Below, piece after piece: positions 8,761 to 18,414 of a stretch of 64,000 nucleotides of DNA. Origin of the DNA: Cyanobacteria bacterium J06627_8. GTDB lineage: Bacteria > Cyanobacteriota > Cyanobacteriia > CAKZMO01. The first letter of the stretch is position 1. The number at the start of each line of letters is the position of its first letter. A model generated the notes under the pieces. That model saw only the letters and a program-made list of their open reading frames with translations, did not search any database and was not told the DNA's origin. Location: positions 9,509-73,508 of the forward strand of contig JBCBLF010000001.1 of the NCBI GenBank assembly GCA_038520475.1, written 5' to 3'. The position numbers and the translations under genes were made by a program.

Positions 8761-10362
8761 CTAGACAACCACAAAATTTAGAGATGAGAGTGGAAAATCA
8801 TGGAAAACCCGAACAGAATTATTGGTGCTAATGGATAGATCGGTAAATGACCGGCCAGACGTGCTGGGTCGTTCCCTAACGACGGCTCGGCTGAGGATGT
8901 CATCACCATCGACATAACCAAATTCAGCAGAAACCTGGATTCGATCGTCGGCCACCACAAAGTCATTGATCTGATCGATGCCACCACTGCTGGTATCAAA
9001 TACAAAGATGTCGTTCCCCTCTCCACCAAACAGCTGATCGTTCCCAGTGCCGCCACTTAAACTGTCGCTACCGGCTCCGCCCCTTAGCTGATCATTGCCT
9101 GCAAAACCATTGATCACGTCAGCAACAACGGTTCCTTGAACAACATCATTTCCTTGTGTCGTTAGTGGTAAAGACGTGCCCTGCGCCTGAAATCCGTCAA
9201 CAACATATCCGATATCGGCAAGGAGCGCTAAGTCGAGACGTGTGAGGTTTCGAATGCCTCCAGATCGCATGACTGGAAGCTGGTTTTCAAATCTGACATC
9301 GCTTCGGAGGTGATCAAGATCGGCATCAAGGGGAACGGGAGTTCCTCCAGTTACAGCAAGCGTATTTGGACCATCAAATAATGCACCGCTTCCAATATCG
9401 TTGAAGACTTTAGCTGTACCAATGCCCAGCACATGGCCAATTTCGTGGAGGGTTGTGCTCAGAAAAGCCTCTTCCCAGAAAGACCCATCAGAACGTAAAA
9501 ATGCTGAAGGCCGGTAGGAAATATGCCCTGCCCAGGGTTCAAAGTTAGATGCAATGAGCCGCTTTTGAAAAACAGTCCCGGTTTCCGCTGCAAGACCCGC
9601 AATACCACCCCGCGCGACGGAATTATCAGGTATTCCAAAGGGCGGGTTCTGCGAGCCAACAAAAATGACGAGATCGTCAATCTCAGTGTCTAACGCAATA
9701 GTCTGTCGAGCACCAGTTTCTGGATTGAGAATGTCAAATGGAACACCCGCCGGCACATTTGGAAATTCATCGAGAATATGATTTGTCCAAAGATTGGCAG
9801 CCTTGTTTAAGACGGCCCGCCGCTCAGGTGTAAAGTATCCTCGGGTGTCAAAGCGATAGTCGAATTTAATGTTAAACGACCGATTAACGGTAAGGGGTTG
9901 AATCGGTTGACTGGCTGGGAGTGGGCGATTTGCATCTACCTTAAGTTGATAGGATGTGCGTCCTCTTTTGTGAAGCAGGCGAATGAAATACGTTCCACGC
10001 TTGAGGCGATCAAATTCAATCGATTCGTTTTGTCCCTTCCCTTGCCTAGATATTCCGATACGGCTGATTTTTTTGCGATTTGCTTTTCTGTCGGAATTGC
10101 GTAACGGTAAGGCACTTGCTTTTTTGGAATCTCTATTCCGTTTTCTCTTCTCCGACAACACAACAACATCAATGTTCGAATTTTTACTGAGATCAGAAAC
10201 GGATATATTCACACGTTTGCTACTCGTCAGCTTAAACCGATACACGTCGATTTTGTCCAGCGGATCAAGCGAGTTCTTAAACGTCCGACCTCGATTTCGA
10301 AACCTTCCCAAGTTTTTCGATTGCTCAATACGATTACCGACATCTCGTCTCATCACAGCCAT
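8761..10362 (-). CDS. Secreted zinc metallopeptidase-like protein with RTX (haemolysin-type Ca-binding) repeats and an N-terminal PPC-like beta domain; no signal peptide, so a likely T1SS substrate
   Basis: HEIGHVLGIG zinc motif. Repeats GGAGSDSLSGGTGNDQLFGGEGNDIFVFD. N-terminus KR-rich with DVYRFKLTSS...GTYFIRL. No GCGATCGC across about 1.6 kb. Confidence 0.65.
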   Translation of the reverse strand: MAVMRRDVGNRIEQSKNLGRFRNRGRTFKNSLDPLDKIDVYRFKLTSSKRVNISVSDLSKNSNIDVVVLSEKRKRNRDSKKASALPLRNSDRKANRKKISRIGISRQGKGQNESIEFDRLKRGTYFIRLLHKRGRTSYQLKVDANRPLPASQPIQPLTVNRSFNIKFDYRFDTRGYFTPERRAVLNKAANLWTNHILDEFPNVPAGVPFDILNPETGARQTIALDTEIDDLVIFVGSQNPPFGIPDNSVARGGIAGLAAETGTVFQKRLIASNFEPWAGHISYRPSAFLRSDGSFWEEAFLSTTLHEIGHVLGIGTAKVFNDIGSGALFDGPNTLAVTGGTPVPLDADLDHLRSDVRFENQLPVMRSGGIRNLTRLDLALLADIGYVVDGFQAQGTSLPLTTQGNDVVQGTVVADVINGFAGNDQLRGGAGSDSLSGGTGNDQLFGGEGNDIFVFDTSSGGIDQINDFVVADDRIQVSAEFGYVDGDDILSRAVVRERPSTSGRSFTDLSISTNNSVRVFHDFPLSSLNFVVV

Positions 10363-10867
10363 CTACTCATTTATTAAGACCTACGTGTGCTCCGAGGAAA
10401 ATCTCAGAATAAGCACATGCAAACTAAGTGATTACACTCAATATACGTAGTCTAGTTGTCTTCTATGCAGTAATTTCACTTAAGGCTGTAATTTCATCGT
10501 TTTTTCAAAGTAGTTTCAAAGTGATGAAGTTTTCGCAGCAGCATATAGCCGCGCTACGTATAGAAATGAATACAAAAATGGTGTTGTGAAGCGTGGCTGG
10601 TCCACAACACTGTGCTTAATCGATTCGTACAGCTCTCTATGAGTCTTTGTGTTTCGAGCCAGACGATTTTGCTACGGTCAATGACCTCAACGGTTTTATT
10701 TCTGGATGTCGAGCCAAGAGATGTCGCGCTAGGCAGTGCTCTGAGTGGTTTTTAGAAATTCGCATTTCTATGGAGCGTGATAGGGTGCGAATGATTTGCT
10801 ACGATCGCCTCACTGGACAACTTTTCCGTCCCACATCCAACTCACATCCAGCTTGTTATCATCCACA

Positions 10868-11236
10868 ATGGCTTCTACGCATACTGTCCGCATTTACAAT
10901 CGTCAAAAAGAAACGTTCTACTCTGTGGATGTTCCTGAAGACCAATACATTCTTCACACTGCAGAAGATCAAGGTGTCGCGCTACCCTTCTCTTGCCGTA
11001 ACGGGGCTTGTACAACATGCGCTGTACGAGTGAAATCTGGTGAGTTACATCAACCCGAGGCAATGGGGCTCTCTCCTGATCTTCGAGAACAAGGCTATGC
11101 CCTTCTTTGCGTGTGCTACCCTCGGTCTGATTTGATGGTAGAAACACAGGATGAGGACGAAGTCTACGAACTCCAATTTGGCCGCTACTTTGGGAAAGGC
11201 AAGGTTCGGGCTGGGCTACCTCTCGATGAAGATTGA
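10868..11236 (+). CDS. Plant-type [2Fe-2S] ferredoxin with a C-terminal extension (FdC-like)
   Basis: Cys ligands in SCRNGACTTCAVRV and LLCVCYP. Start ATG (MASTHTV) chosen inside the longer ORF-track frame. Confidence 0.8.
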   Translation: MASTHTVRIYNRQKETFYSVDVPEDQYILHTAEDQGVALPFSCRNGACTTCAVRVKSGELHQPEAMGLSPDLREQGYALLCVCYPRSDLMVETQDEDEVYELQFGRYFGKGKVRAGLPLDED

Positions 11237-11384
11237 TGGCTACCGTCGAGTTGTACATATCAGTGGGAAATCTAGGACTGATTGTTGGTTGAAACGGTAG
11301 CCCCTGAGATACGGCTATTGGTAATGTCCCAGGGCTGAAGCCTCGACCAATCAACAAAGGCGGGTGGGGTTGGATAGCTAAGCA

Positions 11385-11969
11385 ATGCAGGGATTTGGAT
11401 GGGTCTACAGTTCACGATTCAACGGTCTATGGGCGGAGATACGGATTCTCACCACATGGATCATTGGATTGAGCTATGTCTTCACATTGCTGGGGTGTCA
11501 AGCTCAACTTCCAGCTGGAACATCCGCCAAGGTGATGCGAGTGGTCAGCGGACAAACAATCGAAATTCCTGACCCAACTGGACAAACTGCCCTCAATCAA
11601 TCCATCCGACTGATTGGCGTTACTGCTCCAGCACGAGGACAAGAACCCTGGAGCACCACTGCGAAACAGTATTTGGCCGATCAGCTTAATAAACAAACCG
11701 TCTTGCTTGAGACTGATGCGCAGACAGTCGATGCTTACGATCGCCATCTCGCTTATGTCTGGAAAGATGGGGTATTGCTAAACGAAACGTTGGCTGAAGA
11801 GGGATTAGTGATGGTGACGGTGCGATCGCCTAATTTGAAATATGAACAGCGCCTGCTTCATGCTCAGCAAACAGCCCGCATTCTCGGACGCGGTATCTGG
11901 AACCCAGATCATCCCATGCGACTGACACCGAGTGAGTTTCGCCAACAACACGAATCTGAGGTCCCTTAG
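11385..11969 (+). CDS. Staphylococcal-nuclease-like (SNase/thermonuclease) lipoprotein
   Basis: Lipobox TLLGC. SNase core IRLIGVTAP...AYDRHLAYVW...NETLAEEGL. Confidence 0.7.
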   Translation: MQGFGWVYSSRFNGLWAEIRILTTWIIGLSYVFTLLGCQAQLPAGTSAKVMRVVSGQTIEIPDPTGQTALNQSIRLIGVTAPARGQEPWSTTAKQYLADQLNKQTVLLETDAQTVDAYDRHLAYVWKDGVLLNETLAEEGLVMVTVRSPNLKYEQRLLHAQQTARILGRGIWNPDHPMRLTPSEFRQQHESEVP

Positions 11970-12017
11970 CCTATAATCAGCCTGGACATCTTCGGCCTGA
12001 CACATCCATACATCCTC

Positions 12018-12866
12018 ATGACCCAATCCTCAGTGACTCCGCCTTCAGACCAACAGTTGCTTACCTTTCTTGATATCGCAACAGAAGCTGCCCTTGCTGC
12101 AGGCGCAGTCTTAAGGGATTACGTCGGTAACATTGATGACAAGATTTACCAGAAAGGCCGCCCTGGAGATTTGGTCACCGCTGCTGACAAAGATGCTGAG
12201 AAGACCGTATTAGAGGTCCTTCAGCGCCATGTGCCTGACCACGATATTCTGGCGGAGGAATCTGGAGAGCTAGGCGATCGCACCAGTGACTTCCGGTGGG
12301 CGATTGATCCGCTAGATGGCACAACGAACTATGCCCATCAATATCCTTTCTATGCCGTCTCTATTGGATTGCTCTACCAAGGAATACCGTGGCTCGGCGT
12401 CATCTATGACCCATCCCATGACGACTTGTTTCGTGCAGCAAAAGGACTCGGAGCAACCTGCAACCGCCGCCCGATTCACGTCTCTCAAACCGAGGAGTTG
12501 GCAAAAAGTTTACTCGTCACTGGATTTGCCTACGATCGCCGCGAAACCTCAGACAACAACTATGCAGAATTTTGTCATCTAACTCACAAAACCCGAGGCG
12601 TACGGCGAGGCGGTGCAGCTTCCATTGATTTAGCCTACGTCGCCTGTGGTCGACTAGATGGATATTGGGAGCGGGGGCTCTCTCCCTGGGATCTCGCCGC
12701 TGGAGTTGTATTGGTAGAAGAAGCGGGAGGGCGAGTGACCGCCTATGATCAACATCCATTTGAGATTGAGACTGGGCGGATTTTGGCAACCAACGGCACG
12801 ATTCATCAAGAGCTGAGTAATGTGCTAGTGACGATTGAGCCGTTAGCAGAATTTCGTGTCGACTAG
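12018..12866 (+). CDS. suhB: Inositol monophosphatase family protein
   Basis: WAIDPLDGTTNYAHQYPFYAVSIGL and DLAAGVVLVEEAGG motifs. Confidence 0.8.
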   Translation: MTQSSVTPPSDQQLLTFLDIATEAALAAGAVLRDYVGNIDDKIYQKGRPGDLVTAADKDAEKTVLEVLQRHVPDHDILAEESGELGDRTSDFRWAIDPLDGTTNYAHQYPFYAVSIGLLYQGIPWLGVIYDPSHDDLFRAAKGLGATCNRRPIHVSQTEELAKSLLVTGFAYDRRETSDNNYAEFCHLTHKTRGVRRGGAASIDLAYVACGRLDGYWERGLSPWDLAAGVVLVEEAGGRVTAYDQHPFEIETGRILATNGTIHQELSNVLVTIEPLAEFRVD

Positions 12867-13055
12867 ATCATGCGACTCATGCGCTCTGCAAGGTTCAAAG
12901 CAAAGGCTTTTTGAGTTCCATTCACACGGGATATCCATTAGCTACCCAGATTGGTTACATACGCACGTCAAGGGACAACAGGTTGAGAATCTATCGTCGA
13001 CAGGCCATGACAGAGACATGACGTAGTAACGATAAGGCATAGCAGAGTTTGCGAA

Positions 13056-13127
13056 GAAATGGGGTGGGCACGCGTGACGCGCGCCCACCCCATTTCTTGG
13101 CTATGAATTTGAGACGCTTGCCAAGCC
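13056..13127. repeat. Copy 1 of a dispersed element: GC-rich hairpin GAAATGGGGTGGGCACGCG..CGCGCCCACCCCATTTC plus tail TATGAATTTGAGACGCTTGCCAAG
   Basis: Read directly. Related copies at 22240-22347 and 55126-55192. Confidence 0.7.
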
Positions 13128-13348
13128 ATGACAACGATCTGTTATTCCATCATTGTGGGCATCCTAAGAAGATAGGCAACGCGATGTGCTGTCGGGTTTT
13201 GCTATAAGAGATATGGGGACGATTACTGGCGAAAAGATGGGCGATCGCCATCGACTACTGCACAGAGAGGCTACACAAATTAATCGGATCAGGCCTAGAA
13301 GACGCAGTAAACTAAAGTGTGCTCAGTTGCAAGCAATGGATTACAAGC

Positions 13349-14260
13349 ATGGCTTTGAAGATTGATAGAGGCTTGTTCACGTCTGATTTTGTTGATCATC
13401 ACGCCATACTTGGCATTGCGATGGGTGCTGATGCAAAAGCGATTCGCAAGCGCTATCTCAAGATTGCTAGACAACTGCATCCAGACAATTCTGCTGCAAA
13501 AAACGAAGGTGAGAAGCAGCTGGCCCAGGAGCTCTTATCAAAGTTAGTTAACCCAGCCTACGAAAAGCTCTCCCAGATAGCTGAGCAAAAGGAATATGCT
13601 TTGTTACTGGAGCTTAAGGGTAGAGAACTTAATCAACAGCAGGAAACGGTTCTCATTACTAGTAAGTATGCCCAGAAGATTGCTGCATCATCTAATATTG
13701 AGCAAACATATCATGAGATTATCGACGGGCTGGCAACCCAGCAATATGAGTCACTAAGTGAAAGCCTCGATCTGATTGGGCACATCAGTGAAGTCAACAT
13801 GGTCTACCTGATGCGTCAGAACGGACCAGGCATTCCTAAACCTCCACCTAAGGCAACACCTGGTCGGGCTCCTGTCACTAAACCTCCTGAAGACAAACCT
13901 GAGAACAAAGGCCCTGATCTGCTTGAAAGAGCCATGATTCGGGCTGAGCGATTTGAGATCAACGGCGAATTCCCAAAAGCTATTCAAGAGCTCCGTGATG
14001 CCATTCAACTCAACCCACGACACGACAAGGTTAGCGACTGTCATCGTCGACTCGGCAATATTTACCTCAAGTCAAAGCAAATGACGATGGCAAAAATTCA
14101 CTTTAGAAAAGCGCTAGAGTTAAATCCCAATGATGAAGTGGCTCAAGCTGGGATGAAGCGCCTTGAACCCAAAGGCCCAGGCACGACGTCAAATAAAGGT
14201 AAAACCAACGGTGCTAAAGGCGGATTCTTAAGTGGAATCTTTGGCAAAAAGAAAAAGTAG
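13349..14260 (+). CDS. DnaJ (J-domain) protein with C-terminal TPR repeats
   Basis: J domain with HPD motif (IARQLHPDN). TPR-like C-terminus. The ORF track starts at 13319; ATG at 13349 preferred. Confidence 0.7.
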   Translation: MALKIDRGLFTSDFVDHHAILGIAMGADAKAIRKRYLKIARQLHPDNSAAKNEGEKQLAQELLSKLVNPAYEKLSQIAEQKEYALLLELKGRELNQQQETVLITSKYAQKIAASSNIEQTYHEIIDGLATQQYESLSESLDLIGHISEVNMVYLMRQNGPGIPKPPPKATPGRAPVTKPPEDKPENKGPDLLERAMIRAERFEINGEFPKAIQELRDAIQLNPRHDKVSDCHRRLGNIYLKSKQMTMAKIHFRKALELNPNDEVAQAGMKRLEPKGPGTTSNKGKTNGAKGGFLSGIFGKKKK

Positions 14261-14424
14261 CGTGTCTTGCCGCTATCTTTGGATCAGTGTGACTGCACTC
14301 TAGATTTTTGTGAGGATTTCGTCTGATTGCACGGTAGAATCCAACCACAGAGTTCGATTGCGGTCAGATTTTCCTGAAAATGCTGGCTGCCAAATAGGAG
14401 TCGGTTAGTGTAGGTAAGATACTG

Positions 14425-15681
14425 ATGATATATCAACCCCCAGCTGGGTCACGGGATTTATTTCCTATTGATGTTGCCCAGAAACAGTGGATTGAAGAGC
14501 GGCTACAAACTATATTTCAACGTTGGGGGTATCACCGCATCATTACATCGACGCTAGAGCGACTAGACACGTTGATGGCAGGTGGGGCTATCGACCGATC
14601 AACAGTGATTCATCTCCAGGACGCTGACAATGAAATGGTAGGGCTTCGCCCCGAGTTGACGGCATCCATTGCCCGAGCCGCCGCCATGTGGATGAGCGAA
14701 TCGAGCTTGCCCCAGCGCTTTTATTACACAACTAACGTGTTTCGTCGGCCAACAAAGCGAAATCATGAGCGCCAGCATGAATTTTATCAGGCAGGTGTTG
14801 AGCTGCTAGGAAGTGGTGGACTTGTCACCGATGCAGAAGTGGTGATGCTAGTCATTGACTGTTTGTGTGCCCTTGAACTGGAGCAGTGTCATTTAGTGCT
14901 AGGAGAAGCGGATCTGACGCGATCGCTTCTATCGACATTTCCAGAACAATGGCGCGATCGCATTCGATTGGCGATCGCCCAGCTTGACCGCATTACTTTG
15001 GAAACCTTACCTATTGACCCAGAGCTATGTAAGCGGGCCCTTTGGCTACTCGATTTGCGAGGAAAACCGGCAGATGTCTTGCAAAAGCTGTGTTCAATTG
15101 AGCTTGATGATACGCAACGAACAATCGTCACGAATCTAAAGTCATTCATTGATCTGCTGGAAGGATATGTGGCGCTCCAGTCTGCTCCTGTGATTCAGTC
15201 TGTCGTGCTCGACTTAAGCTTGGTACAAACCTTCGACTATTACACAGGGATTGTGTTTGATGTAATTGCATCGACCCCTCAAGGCCAACGAACCCTTGGA
15301 AGGGGAGGACGGTATGACCAACTCCTTGGCTTGTATCTCCCTGATGATGTTGATTATCCAGGTATTGGATTTAGCCTCAGCATTGAAGAACTCCATCAGG
15401 CCCTGCTGCCGATTGGTCACCTTCCCAAAACCCCTCCAATCAGCGATTGGTTAATTGTGCCAGCCACACCACAGGCACTGTCAGCCGTTTTTGCATATGC
15501 TCGTCGCCTACGCGCGTCTCAGCCATCCTTGCAGGTCGAGCTGTATCCAGACGACGTCATCACACCCGAGCAAGTCCGCCACTACGCGACCCATCGCAAC
15601 ATCAAGGCGATCGCCTGGGTTCAAACCGATGGAAGCGTGTCAACCGAAGCAATCAACCCGCATCATTCAGTTGATCACTAA
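14425..15681 (+). CDS. hisZ: ATP phosphoribosyltransferase regulatory subunit (HisRS-like)
   Basis: Class II aaRS-like core without an anticodon-binding domain, and the typical HisZ N-terminus. Confidence 0.75.
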   Translation: MIYQPPAGSRDLFPIDVAQKQWIEERLQTIFQRWGYHRIITSTLERLDTLMAGGAIDRSTVIHLQDADNEMVGLRPELTASIARAAAMWMSESSLPQRFYYTTNVFRRPTKRNHERQHEFYQAGVELLGSGGLVTDAEVVMLVIDCLCALELEQCHLVLGEADLTRSLLSTFPEQWRDRIRLAIAQLDRITLETLPIDPELCKRALWLLDLRGKPADVLQKLCSIELDDTQRTIVTNLKSFIDLLEGYVALQSAPVIQSVVLDLSLVQTFDYYTGIVFDVIASTPQGQRTLGRGGRYDQLLGLYLPDDVDYPGIGFSLSIEELHQALLPIGHLPKTPPISDWLIVPATPQALSAVFAYARRLRASQPSLQVELYPDDVITPEQVRHYATHRNIKAIAWVQTDGSVSTEAINPHHSVDH

Positions 15682-15867
15682 TCCGGATGGCCCTTAATTA
15701 CACAACTGGGGAATTTATTTTGAAAGCGCTGCTAGGCAACGCTTTCAAACGATAGCTTTGGCTACTCACGATAGAACATCGTTTCTCCAAGAGTGCCAGT
15801 AGATGAGGTTTTCCCCTCGCGTGCAGGAAACTCTTGCCTGTTGACGTTCTTGAGCACTTGACGTGAG

Positions 15868-16563
15868 CTAGTACGCGCCTTCGCGCTTAACCACAACCCA
15901 AATTGTCTTCAAAATCAGGGAGATGTCGTAAAACAACGACCACTTTTGCTGATAGGCCAAGTCCATCAGCACAATGTCTTCAAAGTCTTCAACGTCTGAA
16001 CGTCCGTTGGCTTGCCATTCACCAGTGATCCCGGGCTTGACGCACAGACGCTTCCAGTGATGATCTTGATATTGCTTAACTTCATCTAGGGTGGGAGGGC
16101 GAGTTCCAACCAAACTCATGTCTCCCTTCAAGACATTCCAAAATTGAGGAAGCTCGTCAAGACTCGTGCGTCGTAAGAACCGACCTACAGGTGTAACGCG
16201 AGGGTCATTCTTTTGTTTGAAAACCAGCCCTTTTGCTTGGTTTTGCACCGTGTGCTGTATCTTATCAGCACCGATAACCATGGAGCGAAATTTCCACATC
16301 ACAAAGAGGCGACCATTCAAGCCACACCGAACTTGTCGATAGAACAATGGGCCAGGACTATACAGGATGTTAGCGATCGCCACGCCAATGGCAACAGGCA
16401 ACAACAGAACGAGCCCTACACATGCTCCAAGAATGTCAATAAATCGCTTAAATATACAACCCGCTGATGGATGAATATCCATTAGCTGCTGCACAAATGA
16501 CTCCTTATCTCCAGAAGAATCTGGTGGATAAGCGGACCTAGCCGAACCTGAAACAGTAACCAT
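15868..16563 (-). CDS. Bacterial sugar transferase (polyprenyl glycosylphosphotransferase, WbaP/EpsL-like)
   Basis: MWKFRSM...DPRVTPVGRFLRRTSLDELPQFWNVLKGDMSLVGTRP signature. Confidence 0.8.
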   Translation of the reverse strand: MVTVSGSARSAYPPDSSGDKESFVQQLMDIHPSAGCIFKRFIDILGACVGLVLLLPVAIGVAIANILYSPGPLFYRQVRCGLNGRLFVMWKFRSMVIGADKIQHTVQNQAKGLVFKQKNDPRVTPVGRFLRRTSLDELPQFWNVLKGDMSLVGTRPPTLDEVKQYQDHHWKRLCVKPGITGEWQANGRSDVEDFEDIVLMDLAYQQKWSLFYDISLILKTIWVVVKREGAY

Positions 16564-17211
16564 AGCTACCCCAATGAATTACTGCGAACGCGAACTGTAT
16601 GAATATGAAGTAATGATGAGCTTCGCTTTCCCACTATGGAAAACTGCTCGCTAAAGCAATGACCAGTAACTTTAGGGCGTTAGTACGAGCACGCATGACG
16701 CACGGTGCCCCTTTAATTAAGCTGGCAATACTGATGAGGGAATCCTAGAAACGATAGATCGAGGACTCCTAGATTAAATTGCGACCACAGGTTACTTCGA
16801 TAGAAAGCACCGTGTCGCAGCACAAATATCGAGGCAGTAGCAAGAACACACAAAGCCGATATATAGGCTCACCGCAACTATATGCATGGTTCAACGTCAG
16901 AGAAAAGGATGGGATGGCGGGTTCTCAGAATCTTCTTGTGAATTTAGAGAAGTATGAAGTTCAGATAAAGCAATGTCAGAGACGTCACGGGCGATCGCCT
17001 AGCATTAACCAGACGCTAGAAACTTACGCAGTGCCAATCGCGATGACCATTTAGTACAAACATTAACTTCAACAACAGCTGATCTTAAAGCCGACTCAAA
17101 CGTCTTCATATCCGGTACTCTCAGTATGGGTTGAATCTGCTCATGTGCGATCGCCCATTCACCGGATCTGGATCAGTCGTTGAAAGAGTCATTGGAGAGA
17201 ATACGCCGTCC

Positions 17212-18003
17212 ATGTTAGAGCTATATCAGTTCGAGATGTCTCATTACGCGGAAAAGATCCGCCTGATTTTGGACTACAAAGGATTAGACTATCGAAAAAT
17301 CGAGGTTACCCCAGGAGTGGGACAATTAGATGTTTATCAATTGTCAGGTCAGCGTCAGGTTCCTGTCTTAAAAGATGAATCGAATGTCATTGCCGATTCG
17401 ACAGCGATCGCCTTCTATCTCGACAAGGCTTACCCCGATCGTCCCATTATTCCAACGGATGCCAAACAGCGTGGATTGTGCTTAATGATGGAAGAATGGG
17501 CTGACGAGTCTATTGGGCTCAACGGTCGTAAAGTCATGATTAGTGCATTCGGCAAAAACCCAGATTTTCGAACAGCTGCACTGCCAGCCCAAACCCCTGA
17601 TTTCCTCAAGAACTTAGTAGGGACAGTTCCCAGTGAAGCGTTTGATTTTCTAGGCATGGGAGTTGGACTCGGGCCAGATACAATTAGAGCGGCACAAACA
17701 GCACTTGAACAGGACCTGGAAGCACTTAATCTGTTGTTGCTTGAAAGCCCTTACTTGCTGGGTGATACACCCACCCTTGCAGATTTTGCAGTTGCGGGTT
17801 TGATGATGTACCTCAAGTTCCCAGGTGGAAATTATCTTGATATTCCCCAGGGGCTTAAAGGAAAGGGCGTTCCTGGGCTAGCTGACAACCCGGAGTTTTT
17901 TAGAGTGTTTGAATGGCGCGATCGCCTCTATGCTGACTATCGTAAGCTGAGCACTCAATCGTCCTCCGGCGACTCATCGCCAACGCCGATTCAAATCGAC
18001 TAA
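17212..18003 (+). CDS. Glutathione S-transferase family protein
   Basis: GST N-terminal thioredoxin-like fold (MLELYQFEMSHYAEKIRL...VPVL) and alpha-helical C-terminus. The ORF track starts at 17131. Confidence 0.7.
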   Translation: MLELYQFEMSHYAEKIRLILDYKGLDYRKIEVTPGVGQLDVYQLSGQRQVPVLKDESNVIADSTAIAFYLDKAYPDRPIIPTDAKQRGLCLMMEEWADESIGLNGRKVMISAFGKNPDFRTAALPAQTPDFLKNLVGTVPSEAFDFLGMGVGLGPDTIRAAQTALEQDLEALNLLLLESPYLLGDTPTLADFAVAGLMMYLKFPGGNYLDIPQGLKGKGVPGLADNPEFFRVFEWRDRLYADYRKLSTQSSSGDSSPTPIQID

Positions 18004-18026
18004 CGTCACGACACAAGGTTAGCGCT

Positions 18027-18296
18027 ATGCCGAAGTATGTTGCCTGGGGCGGGTATTGCGAAAATGTTTTAGAGAAACGCGCTCCGTACCGAGAGGACCA
18101 TCTAGCAGGTCTCAACGATCAGAAGGCGTCTGGTGTGTTGATCACAATCGGCCCTACTCAGGATCTATCGATGTTTTTTGCAATCTATGATGCTGAGAGC
18201 GAAGACGCTGTGAAGGCCCTCATCGAAGGTGATCCCTATTGGAAAAACAGTATCTGGACCGATTACACCATCAAAGAATGGATTCAAGCCCTTTGA
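18027..18296 (+). CDS. YciI-like protein
   Basis: 89 aa, YciI-type fold motifs (ITIGPTQD ... DPYW). Confidence 0.6.
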   Translation: MPKYVAWGGYCENVLEKRAPYREDHLAGLNDQKASGVLITIGPTQDLSMFFAIYDAESEDAVKALIEGDPYWKNSIWTDYTIKEWIQAL

Positions 18297-18312
18297 TCAT
18301 GCAATAGCTATT

Positions 18313-18357
18313 GACCTCAAGCATTTTTTGCACTGAGTGCAAAAAATGCTTGAGGTC
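18313..18357. terminator. Bidirectional rho-independent terminator: 22-bp perfect arms GACCTCAAGCATTTTTTGCACT / AGTGCAAAAAATGCTTGAGGTC
   Basis: Perfect inverted repeat between the convergent genes 18027..18296(+) and 18415..19320(-). Confidence 0.7.
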
Positions 18358-18414
18358 ATCACTAAACTGACTTCGAATTTATCTGATGGCAACAGATAAA
18401 TTCGCAGTCCTACA

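Noticed and set aside
9898-10450. Plus-strand ORFs (68 and 155 aa) across the metalloprotease gene
   Set aside because: Antisense to a well-supported 533-aa gene; low-complexity translations; no start context.
10647-11357. ORFs 10647..11033(+) and 10875..11357(-) overlapping the ferredoxin gene
   Set aside because: Alternative frames or antisense of a gene with clear [2Fe-2S] ferredoxin motifs. The 10796 start is an upstream extension of the same frame.
16779-17054. 91-aa ORF in the sugar-transferase/GST intergenic region
   Set aside because: No RBS, odd composition, no HIP1, no recognisable family. More likely non-coding promoter region.
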